A stretch of DNA of 64,000 bases. Origin: Vicugna vicugna (Eukaryota). The notes under the pieces were generated by a model. That model saw only the letters and a program-made list of their open reading frames with translations, searched no databases and was not told the DNA's origin. The DNA lies in contig MU058636.1 of NCBI GenBank assembly GCA_013265495.1, positions 5,739,741 to 5,803,740 of the forward strand. Direction: 5' to 3'. The position numbers were made by a program, and so were the translations under genes. This document shows, one piece after another, positions 1-13,574 of this stretch (position 1 is its first letter; each line of letters starts with the position of its first letter).

Positions 1-1384
1 GCAATCTGGGAGCAGCACCCTGAGCCCTGCCTCTCAGCCCAAGGAGTGCTGGTAAACGAGCCGGCTTGGAGGAGAGCTCATTCTCCCTCCTGACCACCCT
101 CTTGGGGCTCTCTATCTGAACTCTGTACAAGGGGCTTTCAGAAGGATCCAGAGATGACAACAAGACCACATTTGTTTGGAGCTTTCAGTTAAATGGATTT
201 TTCAGATGGTCTAAACACTACTCCTTTGTCTATCAGAGGACAAAACTACTTTGATAATTTAATGATAGTTCTTAATAGATTGAGAAGAATTTTTGTTAAA
301 AGATGGCCACCATATAAACATGGAGTGTTTAAATAACCTCATTTCCCTCTTACCTTATATCAGAAAGTTAGACTCCTAATGTACCTTATTCATGCTACAA
401 CCTGATTTATGTCCCTGAGCCAAGAACTCTGAGTGGCATCAATCCGTAGCATCTGAAAGCTTTTGCCAGAGGCATGTCAGAACTCCTTTAAGGAACAAAT
501 CACCCCATGAATTCCAGACTTACACAACATCAGTGACCTCACAGTTAAAGTATGCCTTAATGATCCAATGATAGAAGCTGTTCAGTAAATACATGGAATA
601 TTTCTTATTGTTATCAATGGGCGTTTCCTAGAACTTATGAACTGTTTCCAAACCCATAGCCCCATAGTGTTTTCAAAGTTTAATTTACAAAAGAAAAGAT
701 TTTGTATTCCAATTTTTTGTGGGGAGGGGAGGGGGCAGAACTTAGATTTGAATAGATACCTCAAAGCCCAGCTTGTGTCACTAAAATCGTTTCTCTAGGT
801 CTAAAATCCTGAAAGGAAGCATTAGCGGTAGATCAACTCACCGCACTGCTTCTATGTTGGGCCGAAACTAAATCATCTAAATTACAGTTGCGTTTCCTTA
901 AACACCACACACTCTTCTCCCTTTCTCCTATTTCTCTTTCACATGGTTGGACTGCCCCTCTGACTGAGAGAAATTGTTCACTGGCCCCCAGGGAAAGTAG
1001 CGTAGCTGCAAATGAAGGGTGGAGTGAGATGGTGAAACAGTGGGCACACTCTGTGTTGGCCTTCACTTCCCCCATGATTCCTGTGATTTCCCTTTGCCAG
1101 GGCCTGGTGGGTGGAAGATCTGCAGTGTGGGGCCGGGGATGGGCAGCTAGGTGCCAGCTCTCCCTTGGAGGTATTACCAAAAAGGGATGAGACATTTGAG
1201 ACACATTTTAAATTTTACCATAAATTATAAGACAAAAGAAAGAGGATCTGTACCTCAAAAATTGAGCCAAGTTCTTCTCTTTGCTTTAGAATTCTCCTCT
1301 GGGCTCGGAGAAATCTTTTACAGTGCACTCGCAAACTCTTCACTCCATGCACAGCATGTATGAAAGAACAGCACAACAGAGCAG

Positions 1385-1545
1385 AGCAGAGCACAGACCA
1401 TGGAGCCATCCTGCCCTGGTCCAAATCCTGACTCCTACCACGTACTGCTTTGTGTCCTTGGTTGCTTCTCTTACCAAATGAATGAAAATTAAATATCTAC
1501 CTCATAGAGATCGTTCCTCATAGTAAATACTCAATACATGGTGGT
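1385..1545 (+). mobile_element. MIR SINE fragment
   Basis: MIR-like core (aaatcctgactcctaccac...tacctcatag...aaatactcaatacatg). Confidence 0.6.
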
Positions 1546-4500
1546 AAATATGACTATGATGAATGTTGTAGACCCTGACAGAGGCTTTCTCCTTAGTCCT
1601 GTATGCTAAAAAATGTGCGAAAGAGGATTCCTACTTAATTCTCCTGGAAAAGAAGACTTGGAGACTCAGCAACTTCTCTTGTCACTATTCTTGTTGAGAT
1701 GACATTTTGGATAAAGAAGTCACAAAATTCACCATCCAAACTAAGGTACTTTTGAGAGTGAAGTGAAATGTTAATCCAGTGGGACACCAGGGCAACAGGC
1801 ATAAACTGGGGGTCTCCCTGGAAAGCTGAGGGTTTGGCATCCTAATTATGGGATTATTCAGGAAGCTGAGATCCTAAACCTTTCTGTTTCAAATTCTGAA
1901 ACACAGCTGGAGGGAAAGGCAGTAATTTTCTGAAAAATCTATTCTTCTCTTAAAGAAGGATAGGAAATAATTGTACCTGCTATTTTATCCAGAAACCCCA
2001 CTTTAAAAAGATGAGTCAAAACCGCCAAGCATTATTGCTGCTTTAATATGCCACGTCAAAAACACTGGCTGGGTCATCTGGACCCTTGGGTTTTTTTCCT
2101 GCTTGGCAGCTCATTGGCTGTATTATCACAGTCTGGGTCCCAGCTATGCCATCTATACAATCAGGGAGTTGGATCAAAGAACCTCTGAGGTCTCTCAAGT
2201 TTAGAATTGCTTTTAATCTCCTGGAATAGTCCTACCTGACAATTGCAGAAGTGTTATCTTTTCTAAACTCAGATTTTGCAACCTTTTCAAAGTAGTGTTC
2301 AATTAGGTTATGAGCACTATGTTACTCCTGGAAGCACCATAAAGGAATAAATTATACTCTTATTTATCTTTATTGGGAGTGTTTTATGTGCCTGTAAGTA
2401 TTTAATGTTCATTTGTCAGATAAGAAGATTAAACCAAGAATATAGAACAGTGTATGTCAAAAGCCAGATTTTGAACCCCAGGGCAGTCTGAGTCTGTGGG
2501 CTGTGCTTTGCTCTGCTATGTGTCCTTCTGTACGGCCGGTACATTTAAGCCCCACAGCAGACCTCTGTGGTAGGTACTGTCTTCGTCTGTCCTGAAGGGG
2601 AACCTGAGAGAAGTTAAGTATGTAATCAAGGTCTTGCCACACTAAGCTGTGGTGTGGCTTTGAATGGAGAGCGTGGAACTTCAGGGCCTGTGTTCTTAAC
2701 CTGTACCATTAAACAAAGCAAGGTGACCTCAGGGAGAGGCAGAGTCCTCTACATTCCCATGACTGGGTCACAGGAAACAGAATTTATTTGGGTTTTAGTG
2801 GATGAAGGAGTCATTTTCATGGTCCACGTCCTCAAAGCACTATCTTCTGGCCAAGCTTGAGGGCAAAACTTGTCCCCAGTAAGGTGACTATCTACAAGGT
2901 ACATCTTAACATGCAGCCAACTAGAAAATGCTGTTCCTATATTGTAATTTGAAAGGCCTGGGCTATAAATATGATTTCAGTTGCTCTCTTGATCATTGGA
3001 AACTCATTGCAAGGTCTCACCAATCTTCACTGAACACCAACATGTGACCCAACCTGCAACTTGCATGACCTTCTCCACCGTGCTTCCTAGCAGATTAGGC
3101 GTATCATTTTGCAGCTCATTCAAGGGCTTTGATAATGCCTTTGACAATGACCAAAAGGCAGTTTCTAATCAACTCACACATTTTATCATATGGAAAGGAA
3201 TTCAAGGAAGCTACAACTTCCAAACGAGACAATTTGCTTCCAGGAAGTAATTTTAAAACATGACTCAAATTGATTTGAATTATATTGCTGCATAAGATTC
3301 ACATGAAATCTAAAGAAGAGGGGTCTTGAGTTTTGAATTTTGATTCTTGCAGAGTCCATTTTATTAACAGGAAAAAAAATATTCTTGAAACATCAGATAT
3401 TGGACTTAGTTTTCCATACTCTTTTAAATAGGAATTTGATTTGCTTCAATCATAGTATTAGTACTGTGTTTTATTTTATTTTTTTATATTCACTGTTGTT
3501 GATTTTCAGCTTTTAATCAGTTATATTATGTTTTTATTTATTCATTTAATTTAGCTAAACTTTTTGGGGGCATCTAATGACTTCTTTCCATAATTCCCTT
3601 GTCCTGTTCCTTTAACAGGATCTCATGTGTTGACCAAATATGTGTTGCTTTGTATTTACATATGTTACCCTGTTTTAAACTCTGGATTTGGAAACTCAGT
3701 GTGAGATAAATGGTGCTGATTATGCCCCCTAAGATTTTTATAACAACACTTTTAGAAATTCTGTATACACAGACAGGCTTTACTTTCTGAAATATAGTGG
3801 CAACTCGTTTATTTGAAATAATTAGGATAAGAAATAATTCAGATTTACAGAAGTTATATTAGAATGATATTTCCATAAAAATTGAAATCATAGATTGTAT
3901 CCAACTTGGTTGTATTGTGACTACTGACTCTATATCTAAGTATTCTTCTATGTAATTGCTCTCTCAAAAAAATCAGGCAAGGGTGGGATAGGAGGGATAA
4001 TGAAATAGATAATAATGATAATAATAGTAATAAAATTCTGATGCGCAGATAAATTTCCTATAAGCATTTGCTACATTTCTAAAATGTAAGACTGAAATAC
4101 GAAAGTGCTTCTGTGGTCAACTGAACAATTAGGGCATCGGCAGTAAGTTCATGCCACACAGAGTTATTTCCAGCAGGTAAAGCATTGCAAAAAGTCAGCA
4201 TCGTCCGTCTGAAGACATAGTTACAGTGAGAGATGCCTCCTTCTTATGCTTCTGCCTAGTCCTAGTTTTCCCCTAACAGACCCATGAGGGTCAGTGGTTT
4301 CTGTCTCTCAGACACCGTTTCTCATTTTGATCTCTACACGCTGGGTCCGTTGTGCCCAGAGGCCCCTGACTGCTGCCCATTTCTTTCCCCTTAAACCACA
4401 GTCCCCTCTTGAAAACAAGTGAGCTTTCAAAAAAGAAAAGAAAAACCTGTAATTAGAATATAAATGCAATGTTCGATTATCCTGTAATTAGAGTATAAAT

Positions 4501-5009
4501 AACCTAACAGTCCGTGCAAATGAGGGCATTAGTGTATTATGAATCAGGGAGGGAAAATAGCGCTAATGGTAGCGCCTTCCCCCTTCCCTCACCCTCCAGC
4601 CTGGGGGTTCTACTTAATGTTTCCCTGGAAACAAACCACCCTTCTTCTCTAACTAAGCACAGGAGACCTCCATCAAATGGAGGCTTTGCCATTTGATGAT
4701 GGGTTTGGCACACGGCTTTGTTATTTGTCAAATAAATCTCATTTTGACAATTACTTATGAGACCCTTCAGACAGCAGACCCTTAGGTTCCCTGCAGGCTT
4801 GTAAATGTCCTGCTCAGAAATACGATTTGAAGAAGGTTTTTGAGGCAGTGGGAGGAGGTCAGTACAGCAGTGTTCTGGTTGGGACTGATCCCAGTCCCAG
4901 GTCAAGAAGAGGAGAGTGGGAAGCACACACTTCTTGGCTTCTTGATGGGGGTGAAGGAAGGAAGCTGCTTTTCTTTTTTTCTTTGCTAATAAGGAAAGCA
5001 GGGAGAGAC

Positions 5010-5165
5010 ACAGACTTTACTGAGTGCCTACTGTATTCCTGGGCTGATGCTGGATCTTGCTTTTCTCTCTTTTGATTTTCATAAAAAACCGGAGATACTG
5101 ATTGTTATTCTCATTAGTAGAGATCAAGAAACTGAATTCCAGAAAATTTAACCAAGTTGTTCAGC
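5010..5165 (-). mobile_element. MIR SINE fragment
   Basis: tttactgagtgcctactgt...attctcatt...gaaactga pattern of a reverse-oriented MIR. Confidence 0.55.
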
Positions 5166-5914
5166 CTTATAACTTTCTGCAGCAAAAACCTACCCTGTCC
5201 CAGGAAAGCTGCTGGAATAGAAATAAACAGGATTGTGGCAGTTTTGTTATGCTAATATGAAAAAGAAAAAGGGAAACTGACTTTAAGCATTAATTTCAAG
5301 GTAGACTATCACGTGACAATGACAGATTTGACTGTCACCGAACAACAGTTCTCCTGCTAGACTCTGGGCTCTAGGAAAATAGTGATTTGTCTTTTCACTT
5401 TTGTGTCTTCCCTTCTCTCCTTTTTTCATGATCCCACTGAAAAAGTTGATATCAGTAGAGAATACTCACAGGAGGGTAGTTGAATGAATGACTGAATTCA
5501 TGAATTAATGAGGGTTATTGAGACAGCCGTATTTTTTTGTGGTTATGCAGGAGAGAAGGATAACAGACTGGAGAGTGAAGCTTGGGAATTGAGTTGTGAA
5601 TAAAGTTAAAGCTTAAGAAATAAGCACCTGGATTTAGAAAATATCAAGAGGAGGGAGTATTGATGAGCAATGCAGGGAGAAGGCTGTGTCCAGCGGCCAA
5701 TTTGAGGAAGATAATAGACATTTAAAGAGAGACAGAGAGGATCTGAGCCCAAGTCTGGACCTGGAAGGAGCCCCTCTCAGGGAGAGAGTCAGGGGCAGGA
5801 GCAGGAGGGTGGCTGCTCTGGCAGGTTACTAAAAAGAACTGTGCCCCCCTTTGCTCCAGGCACCCCACGAAAACTCTATTTCTTGTTTAAGCTTTCCAAA
5901 CAACTCTGAAGTGA

Positions 5915-6060
5915 CTTCTGAGAGCTCCATTTACTAGTTAGTCAGTGGAAGCTCAGAGACATTAAGGAACCTGCCCTGAATCACATAGCCATTGAGTGGC
6001 ACAGGTAGGTAATTTAGTAATGTCTGACTGACACCAGAGTCCCTGCTCTGTCTTCTGCTC
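5915..6060 (-). mobile_element. MIR SINE fragment
   Basis: ccatttac...gctcagagacattaaggaacctgccctgaatcacatagc. Confidence 0.6.
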
Positions 6061-6460
6061 TGTGTTTCCTCAAAAGCTGCATGACAGTGGGGGCTGTGGG
6101 ATCCCCCAGATACTGCAGAGGGGCCAAGAACTCTGGAAACAAACATAAACTCCCTTCTTGCCTAGGAACAAATAAAGCTGAGATCAAGGAAGATCAGATT
6201 TGGACTGAGGCAAGAGGTCAGGGTGAACTCACACACAAGGACAATTATTGAAAAAAAAAAGAAACATTTATTAAGCAATTACCCTGAACTCAGGGCCTGG
6301 TAAAGATGGATCCCTGCTTTAAGCGGGCTTAGGAAAGAGAGGCCTCCAACTTTATTACTATGTATGTATGGGTGTATCTATACAAAATATATTGAGATTC
6401 TCTTGGATTCCAGTAAATTAACTTGGGTAATTTAAATAGTGCATACACACATATGTGTGT

Positions 6461-6507
6461 ACACACACACACACATACACACACACACACACATACACAC
6501 ACACACA
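6461..6507. repeat. (CA)n microsatellite, interrupted
   Basis: Directly visible. Confidence 0.95.
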
Positions 6508-7749
6508 TCCCTTCTTTGTTTGGCTTTGAGCCCAGTTCAGGTAGGCTAGTCCTCTCACAGGTGCCTCTAAGCAGACCCTAAAGATGGAGAGAATGTCCAG
6601 TATTTTCTTCTTTGCCTAAAACCTCTGTAGGGGAGGTTTCCTGTCTTTTGTGCCTGCTGAAGGGAAGTCCTTCAGGCCTTGTCCTGGGTTCCATCTGCTC
6701 TAGACACTGCCGGCTGGACCAGAGCTGGGCTCCCGGCACAAGCAGCTGGCTGGAGACTTACAATGTGGCCCAGAATAAAGGCGGCCTCAGCCAATCAGGA
6801 TTCTCTTGGGGAATGAGAATTGAGAAAGAAATGCTTGAAATCTGTTTACTCATGAGGTGCAAGAAAGGACATAGCTTTAGTGTTGTTTTCTCCAACCAAT
6901 GTCTTCAAATACCCTCCTTTGGATTTCCTGTCTGTGCCTCTGGGTGATACCTGAGGCAGACACCACAGGTTTCTTTTCTCTTTCCATTATTAAGAAAGTG
7001 GCCTTATTTGCTGATTTTAATAATTATGGTTCACTTTAATGTATTAAGAAGTGCAACGTAGTTCAATTTTAAAATTTCAACCTCACACCTAATTCAAAGC
7101 TGTCACCACACCTCCCCCCCAAACCCCAGCTGGGGACTAACTCCAGGTGGGGGCCCTGAGGGGGAAGAGAAACCTGCTCCATATTTTCACTCCCTGTAGC
7201 TCTTTACATTTCCTCCTCTGTCTCCCTTCCATTCCTGGTGTGTCGGGGGCCTCAGAGCAGGACCAGAGGGAAAGAGCAAACACCTTTTATGCAGTAGGTG
7301 CTGCAGTAATTTGGTTATTAGCATCATCTGTACAGCAGCTCTTTAATGCTCCTTCCCCCATAGGGCCCTTTTGCGGGTTCCTCACAGGGCCCTGTCCCCT
7401 ATCCTAGGCAGTGTACCTTCTGACCTCCTGAAATACCCCTTAAGGGGGGAGTCAGGGTCAAAAGACCGCTCTGGCCTTATGAAGGGTTGGAGGGAGGATG
7501 TGTCTGACTGCTCTTCTGCGTTCTCTCTAAACACCAGGGCTTCTTAGCTCTTGCTAGCTTCAGTGTTGAGGCTATAGCTGAAACTCTAAGTAAGGAAATT
7601 AGTAAACAGAGAAATTAATCATCAGCAACCTTTTATATAATGGTGGGAACTGAACCTATAAGGCTGAGAAGCTAGAGGGACAATGATGCAATTGTTTTGA
7701 TGCAATGATTTACCCAGGTGCAAATCAAGGCTTTGAAGGGGGGCTGAAG

Positions 7750-7995
7750 ACAGTTAAAAGCATGAGCTTTGGAGGCACAGAGTACTGGATTTGGTCCAAG
7801 TTTGGCTATTTCCTAGATATGTGACAGTGTTGGAATAAGATAATATCTTTGTAGCCCCAATTTCTTCATCCTAAAAGTGGAAAAAGTAATATTATGTGCC
7901 ACTGGGTTGTTGTGAGGATTAAATCTGATAATTGTTGTAAAGCATTTAGTACGATGCCTGGTGCATGGTAAGTGCTCAATAAATGTTAGTTACTG
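7750..7995 (+). mobile_element. MIR SINE, near full length
   Basis: gggttgttgtgaggattaaat...tgtaaagcatttagtacgatgcctggtgcatggtaagtgctcaataaatgttag is the canonical MIR 3' half. Confidence 0.9.
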
Positions 7996-8868
7996 TGAGT
8001 GAGGGAAAATGTGTCTTAGAAGAAGGTCCCTGCCCCTCCGGGTCCCTTCACATGGACTGTAATGTGCATAGCACCCCATGTCGGTGTGCAATGTGAATGC
8101 CCTCAAGTGGCTCTGAGAAGCCTGATGGTAGGGTAGACAGAGAAAAGCAGGTAGTATGAGAGAGAGGGAGAGAAAATGAGAGAGCATCAGGCCATAAAAG
8201 AGGGGGAGAAGTCAATTCCTCCAGTTGGCTGCCGCTAGCCTCCCAGTTCCAGCCATTCTACGATTCCAAGATTATAACTAACAAAACAAAAACCCACCAG
8301 CGACTGCATGAGGTAACTCGGGCAAGCCTCTGTTCTAAAAAAGTTCAATCAGATCAATGACTGTGCCTCCTAGAACACTCCACACCCTCCCAGGGAATCT
8401 CTCAGGACAGACCTGCAGACAGCCATTCTCTGCCACACTTAGAGCTAACAGAAGCAATCAGAACTCTGGAGACCTCCCTACCCAGATGCCCGAGCTGTTC
8501 CTGAGAACAGACTTTTAAGAAAATCTTCCAAAGAAATAAGAGGAGGACTAGACAGTTATTTTCTGGACCAAAAGGTTGTTTTCAGGTGTCTGTGAAACTG
8601 CCTGAGTTACTGAACATCAAATTATTTCAGGGAATGTACAGTATTCTCTGTGCTGTGCATATCAACTTAAATATAGGCTTTTCTAGAAATGACAGCACTC
8701 AGATGTTCAGACAGCTCCACTATAACAATATGCATGTGATACATTTGCATTTCCATCACTGGAGAACAAAACTCTTAAATCAGAAATAGTAAATTGAAGC
8801 ACATTGAAACTTTCTTTCTGAAGAGAATCTTTCCATGGTTTTATTTCAAGTTCTTTGCTGCTAGCTCT

Positions 8869-9386
8869 TGGCGGTAGATTTCTTGCCAAGATGGATGCAG
8901 CAGTCCTTTGCAATGTGACCTTGCCATTCCTTCTATCGAGAGGTGAAGTCTGTTTATCCTTCCCCTTGCCTCTTGGCTGGCATCACGACTTATGTTGACC
9001 GTCAGAATATGGCAGAAGCAAAATCTTATGATCTGCAAGCCTCTACTTCAAGAGGCCATGCATTCTCCAATTTCTATCACCTTGCAACCCTGAGACCTTT
9101 ATGTATGGTTAGCCTACTTAAGGATGAAGGACCCCAGGGAGAGAGAGGTCTGGCTGACAGCCAGTACTGTCTGCCAGGCAGTGAGATCAGCTTGGGCAAC
9201 CCACGTCCAGCCATGCTGCCAAATGACTGTATGTATAGATGATCCCAGGCAAGACTTAAGGAGGGAAGAATCACTCAGGGCCAAGACTCAGCCCAAATTG
9301 CTGACCCGCAGAATTGCTAGCAAATAAATAGCTTGTTCAAACTGCCAAATTGTGGGGGTTTGTTACAAAGAAATAGATAACTGACA
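8869..9386 (+). mobile_element. MLT1-type (ERVL-MaLR) solo LTR
   Basis: Typical MLT1 3' end (gttttgttacaaagaaatagataactgaca) and internal motifs (tttgcaatgtgaccttgccattcc, ctgacccgcagaattg). Confidence 0.8.
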
Positions 9387-11869
9387 CGAGGGTATACTAC
9401 TTTCCTCACTGCGAGCACGTGCTCTTTTAACACAGTGCAGTAGAAAGTGGTTTGACCCATTCACATCACTAACCAATAGGAGACTTGAAGAAACCTCAGT
9501 TTCAGAGGTTTGTCTTATTAGGAGATTTGTTATTATGAAAAAAATGTTGTTGTTAAGCAGTGTAAAGAGCAGAGTTCTGCCTCCTAAAGCTGGATGCAGT
9601 GGCAGTCAGCCGGTGGCAGTACTTGCTCTCTGGGCTGTGTTTGATATGTCAGGAAGTTTGCCGACAGGAAGGCCTGGGGGAGGGAGGGTAGACTTCCTGA
9701 GCCAGGGTATCAGCTAGGACAGATCTTATTTGCATGTATCAGCAGCGGCATCACAGAGGGTTCTCCTCTTTTCTTTCCCTGGTACCAACTATTGCAATGA
9801 ATTGAGGATTCTGTGACTTCTCCACCCGGAGGATATTACACAGAGCACATGTCTGAGCAATGACTGACACCAGCTATTGTCAGAGAGATGGCAATAATTT
9901 TTTAAATGGATAAAAACTTATCAAAGCAAATGTAAAATTGGCTTATCCAATTAAGTCCAATTGTAAGAATAAAACCTCATGTGATGACTTTTCAAATGGA
10001 AATTGACTGTGTTCCTGGTGCACAGTCCTTTTCTTTCTCATTGAAGAGCCACACTGGAATGCAACTCGTCTTGACCCAACTAATTTTCCTCCTTGATGGA
10101 GAAGACTAATCTCCATGCTACTCATATAAAATCTCAAAATGCCGTATGGTGAAATAAACACCATGTTGTTGTTCTTCCTGTGTCTTTCTATCAGTAGTCT
10201 CCTTTTAGGGAAAATATTCTTCCCCAGTAGCCAGCATATATGAGAAGGATATGTTAAGCATTCATGGATTTAATATAAAGGAATCCAAGGACTCCAGAGA
10301 GTTCTGCCCAAGAATCACTTCAAACTCCCACACATCTTGGCTATGAGCTTCTCGGTACCTGCATTGGCTCTGGAGGACCTGGGAAAGGGGAAAAGTCAGG
10401 CACAGCATCTCTGGAGATCAAAATTTGAGTGCCTAGTTTGTGTTGCCATGTAAAAGATTTTGCTTTTACAATAAGAGATACAGACATCTAGGCCATCATT
10501 TTGCACCATTGAAATCATGCTCAAGTTCAACTTAAAAAAATTAAATTTAGATCAACTGTAACTTGTTCAAAATTGTAGCCAAAAGGCAAGGGCAGGGGTT
10601 GGGTGGGGTAAGGTGTTGAGATATATTACATTCTCACAGAACTGGAAACAATGAAATGCTACACACAAGTGCTTTTCAAAAGTAAAAAGTGTCATCTAAT
10701 ACAGCATTTTATTTGTTGACTTTTAAATAAAACTTTGAAAAGGTAATAAGTTCTTGGGCAAATAACAAGTTCAATGGTAAATTTTAATGATATGAAAGAA
10801 AGTTCTTCATATACAGGCAGCTTCTCATTTTGCATTTAATAATTATACAGAGAAGTATGAAACACACCTAAAATATAAAATGAAAAACTTTTCGATTAAA
10901 ATATCCCTTGAAGTTAGATGCTTTCACTAGTTCCAAAGTTAATTTAAAATATATCTGCGTTTTATTGATGTTGGCACAGTTCCTCCGTAACTCTGATGTA
11001 CATAGTTGTAAAAGGGTCTGGCTTATATCTGCCCTTAGAAGAATGCAAAGGGATTTGCTCTCCTTGGAAGAAGGTGGGATCACACAGAAATTCAAAATAT
11101 GTTTTTCTTCTCATCCACATCTCATGAGACTCAAAAAAATTTATCTCAAAAATATTTATCTACATTATCGTAGTAATTCCCATGATTTAGTTTGTTTGGA
11201 GAAAGAATATGTTCAATATTTATTGTTAACAAACAACCCCCCATAGTGTTCTGGTGCCAATTATGCACATGGTCCAGAGTGAGAATCTAGTGCTTCAGGC
11301 CAACAGAGGTCACTCAGCAGCCCCTCTCCGCCCCTGCTCTTCCTTCCCCAAGAAGTTATTTGACCTGAATCAAGTACTGTAGTTTGGCTTTCCATGTATT
11401 CAAATTATTTAAACACTTAACCAAACTCTTTAAAAAAAAATACTAGCAATGATAATCCTATTAGCTGGAAACTATCTTGAAGGACTTTGAGCAACAGGCC
11501 TGACATGTCTAGATGATTGAATCCCTGCCTCATGATGTGACATTTTATTCAAGGTGCTATAAATGGGAAAGATCTAGCAAAGGTTTCAGTCCCATAGAAT
11601 TTAGCTTTAGCATTTGGCAGAATAGTATCCAGAAGCTTTTTCTGACATATGTGGAAAATAAGCTGCTTTTCTTTTTCATTATTTTTGTTCTTAATTATTT
11701 TCATTTTATTGTATATTTCATCAGGTACTCAGTGAATATATTCATTCTTTAAATACAGTGTATCTCATATGGGGCAATGATAAGAGGACTGTTCTGGGAT
11801 GTAGAAGACTTAAGACCTGGTTCCATCTGCTGTGTAACCTTAGGGAAATAAAATTAAAACATCTGCCGT

Positions 11870-12310
11870 TTATTAAAGGCTTACTCTGTGCAAGGAGCCA
11901 ACTGAATACTTTATAAGCCAAGTTTAATTTTAATCTTTCAACACCCCATTTGGGTAGATGCTATTAACTTTATTTCCAAAAGCAAAAACTGAGTTTCAGA
12001 GCGGTTAAATGATTTGCCCAGGCTCATTAGCTGATGAGTGGAGGCAGGATTTGAATCCATGACTTTCAGTCTCCAGAATCCATGCTCTTACCTGCTTCAG
12101 TGAGTTCTAGTGTCAGCAGCTCTGGGAGCAAATCTCAGCTATGCCACTTACCAGCTTGTCAAACCTGAGAAGTTACTTAACTTCTGTGCACTTCCATTTC
12201 CCATTTCTAACATAGAAAGGATACTGTTTAATCCAGAACATTGGGAGAATTTAATGGGACTTTTTAACAAAAGGGTTTCCCATACAGTGGTCCCTAGTCC
12301 CTAAATGAAA
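11870..12310. mobile_element. Two adjacent MIR fragments in opposite orientation
   Basis: Reverse MIR ~11870-12095 (aaactgagtttcagagcggttaaatgatttgcccagg) followed by forward MIR ~12110-12310. Confidence 0.65.
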
Positions 12311-12679
12311 GTTAGTTCCTTCACTTTTCTCCTTGCCTGGGCCTCGGTTTTGCCCTCTGTATTAAGGATGGCCTTCGAGCTGTAAAAAGTTCAGAAAGCA
12401 GCTGGTGAGGTCTCTGCAATGTACAGGTAAGAAAACTAAGACCTAGAGAAGAAGCCACTTGCCCTAAATCGTACCTGGATAGCTAGCAGTTTGTGTTCTC
12501 ATAGCAATAGTTTTTATTTTGCTATTGGGATGAGACTCAGATTTAGTTTGACCAAATTACCTAAACCCAGGTAATCTAGATTCTAGATAATTAGCAAAAT
12601 TGTTGTTATTGTATTTTGTTTGTTTTTGAGTTTTGGCCCAAGGCTCCCTTACACATTTATTATATGTACAAAGACCTGT

Positions 12680-13045
12680 CTAGTTGTTGTTTTCTCAGTC
12701 TGAAATGCACTTCTCTTGACTTTCCATGACTTCCTGCTTCTCATCTTTCAGGTCTAAGCTCTACTGTGACCTCCTTTAGGGGCCTTTTCTGACAGTCTTA
12801 TGACCCTCACCTCCCACCTCAGCCATTCACTTTCCATCATGTCATCTTGTGTATTCCCTTAGAAACACTTAAGACAGTCCGTCATTATTGCGTTAATAAT
12901 TGACCTGTTCGCTATTCTCTGGCTGCACCAGGATATAAATACCATGGTAAAGGATATTGTCAGCATTTGTTCATTTGGGCATCCCCAGCCTTAAGCCAGA
13001 TCCTGACATGTAATAGGTTCAAAATAAATACTGGTTTAATGAGTG
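12680..13045 (+). mobile_element. L2 LINE 3' fragment
   Basis: tcatctttcaggtctaagctc...gccttttctgac...atccccagcc...cctgacatgtaataggttc...aaata...aatgagtg. Confidence 0.7.
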
Positions 13046-13307
13046 TCTCTACCTGGCCATCATCCCACCCACCACCCATCCGTCCACCATGCCACCCATC
13101 CACCCATTACTCTTCCTCAAAAGATCTCAAAACACTTTAGAGTGCAGATGGCAGCCTGATAATTTAGCTTTGAAATGAAAAAAAAAAAAAGGATTGGCCT
13201 CGGTAGTCAGGGTGAAAAAGTAGCAAATGGAATCTATGTCTCATCCAAATAAAAAGTGAAGCTAATGCATTCAACTGCCATGATTGTCCTTAATCAGAAG
13301 CAGTAAA

Positions 13308-13335
13308 AACAACAACAACAACAACAACAACAACA
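13308..13335. repeat. (CAA)n microsatellite
   Basis: Directly visible. Confidence 0.95.
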
Positions 13336-13574
13336 AAAATAACCCTCTAGTTAATAAAAACAAGAATAGTCATTATGAAATATAGGTTGTCTGAAGTTTT
13401 ATTCTTAGCACAGTAGTTTTAATTGCTTCCAAATTCTCTGCCAGAGAAGTTTCATAGTTCTTTTTTTCCTGCTTTATAGGAATTATTCCCCCACGGCTTC
13501 AGTGCCAAACCCAGTATTTGGTATCTAATAAGCAATGGTAGCTGTTTTTTAATGACACCACCAGTTGTATCTTT

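Noticed and set aside
833..1204. 123-aa minus-strand ORF ending at a GCG|GTGAGT donor-like site
   Set aside because: No recognisable protein and no convincing acceptor. One donor-like motif is too little support.
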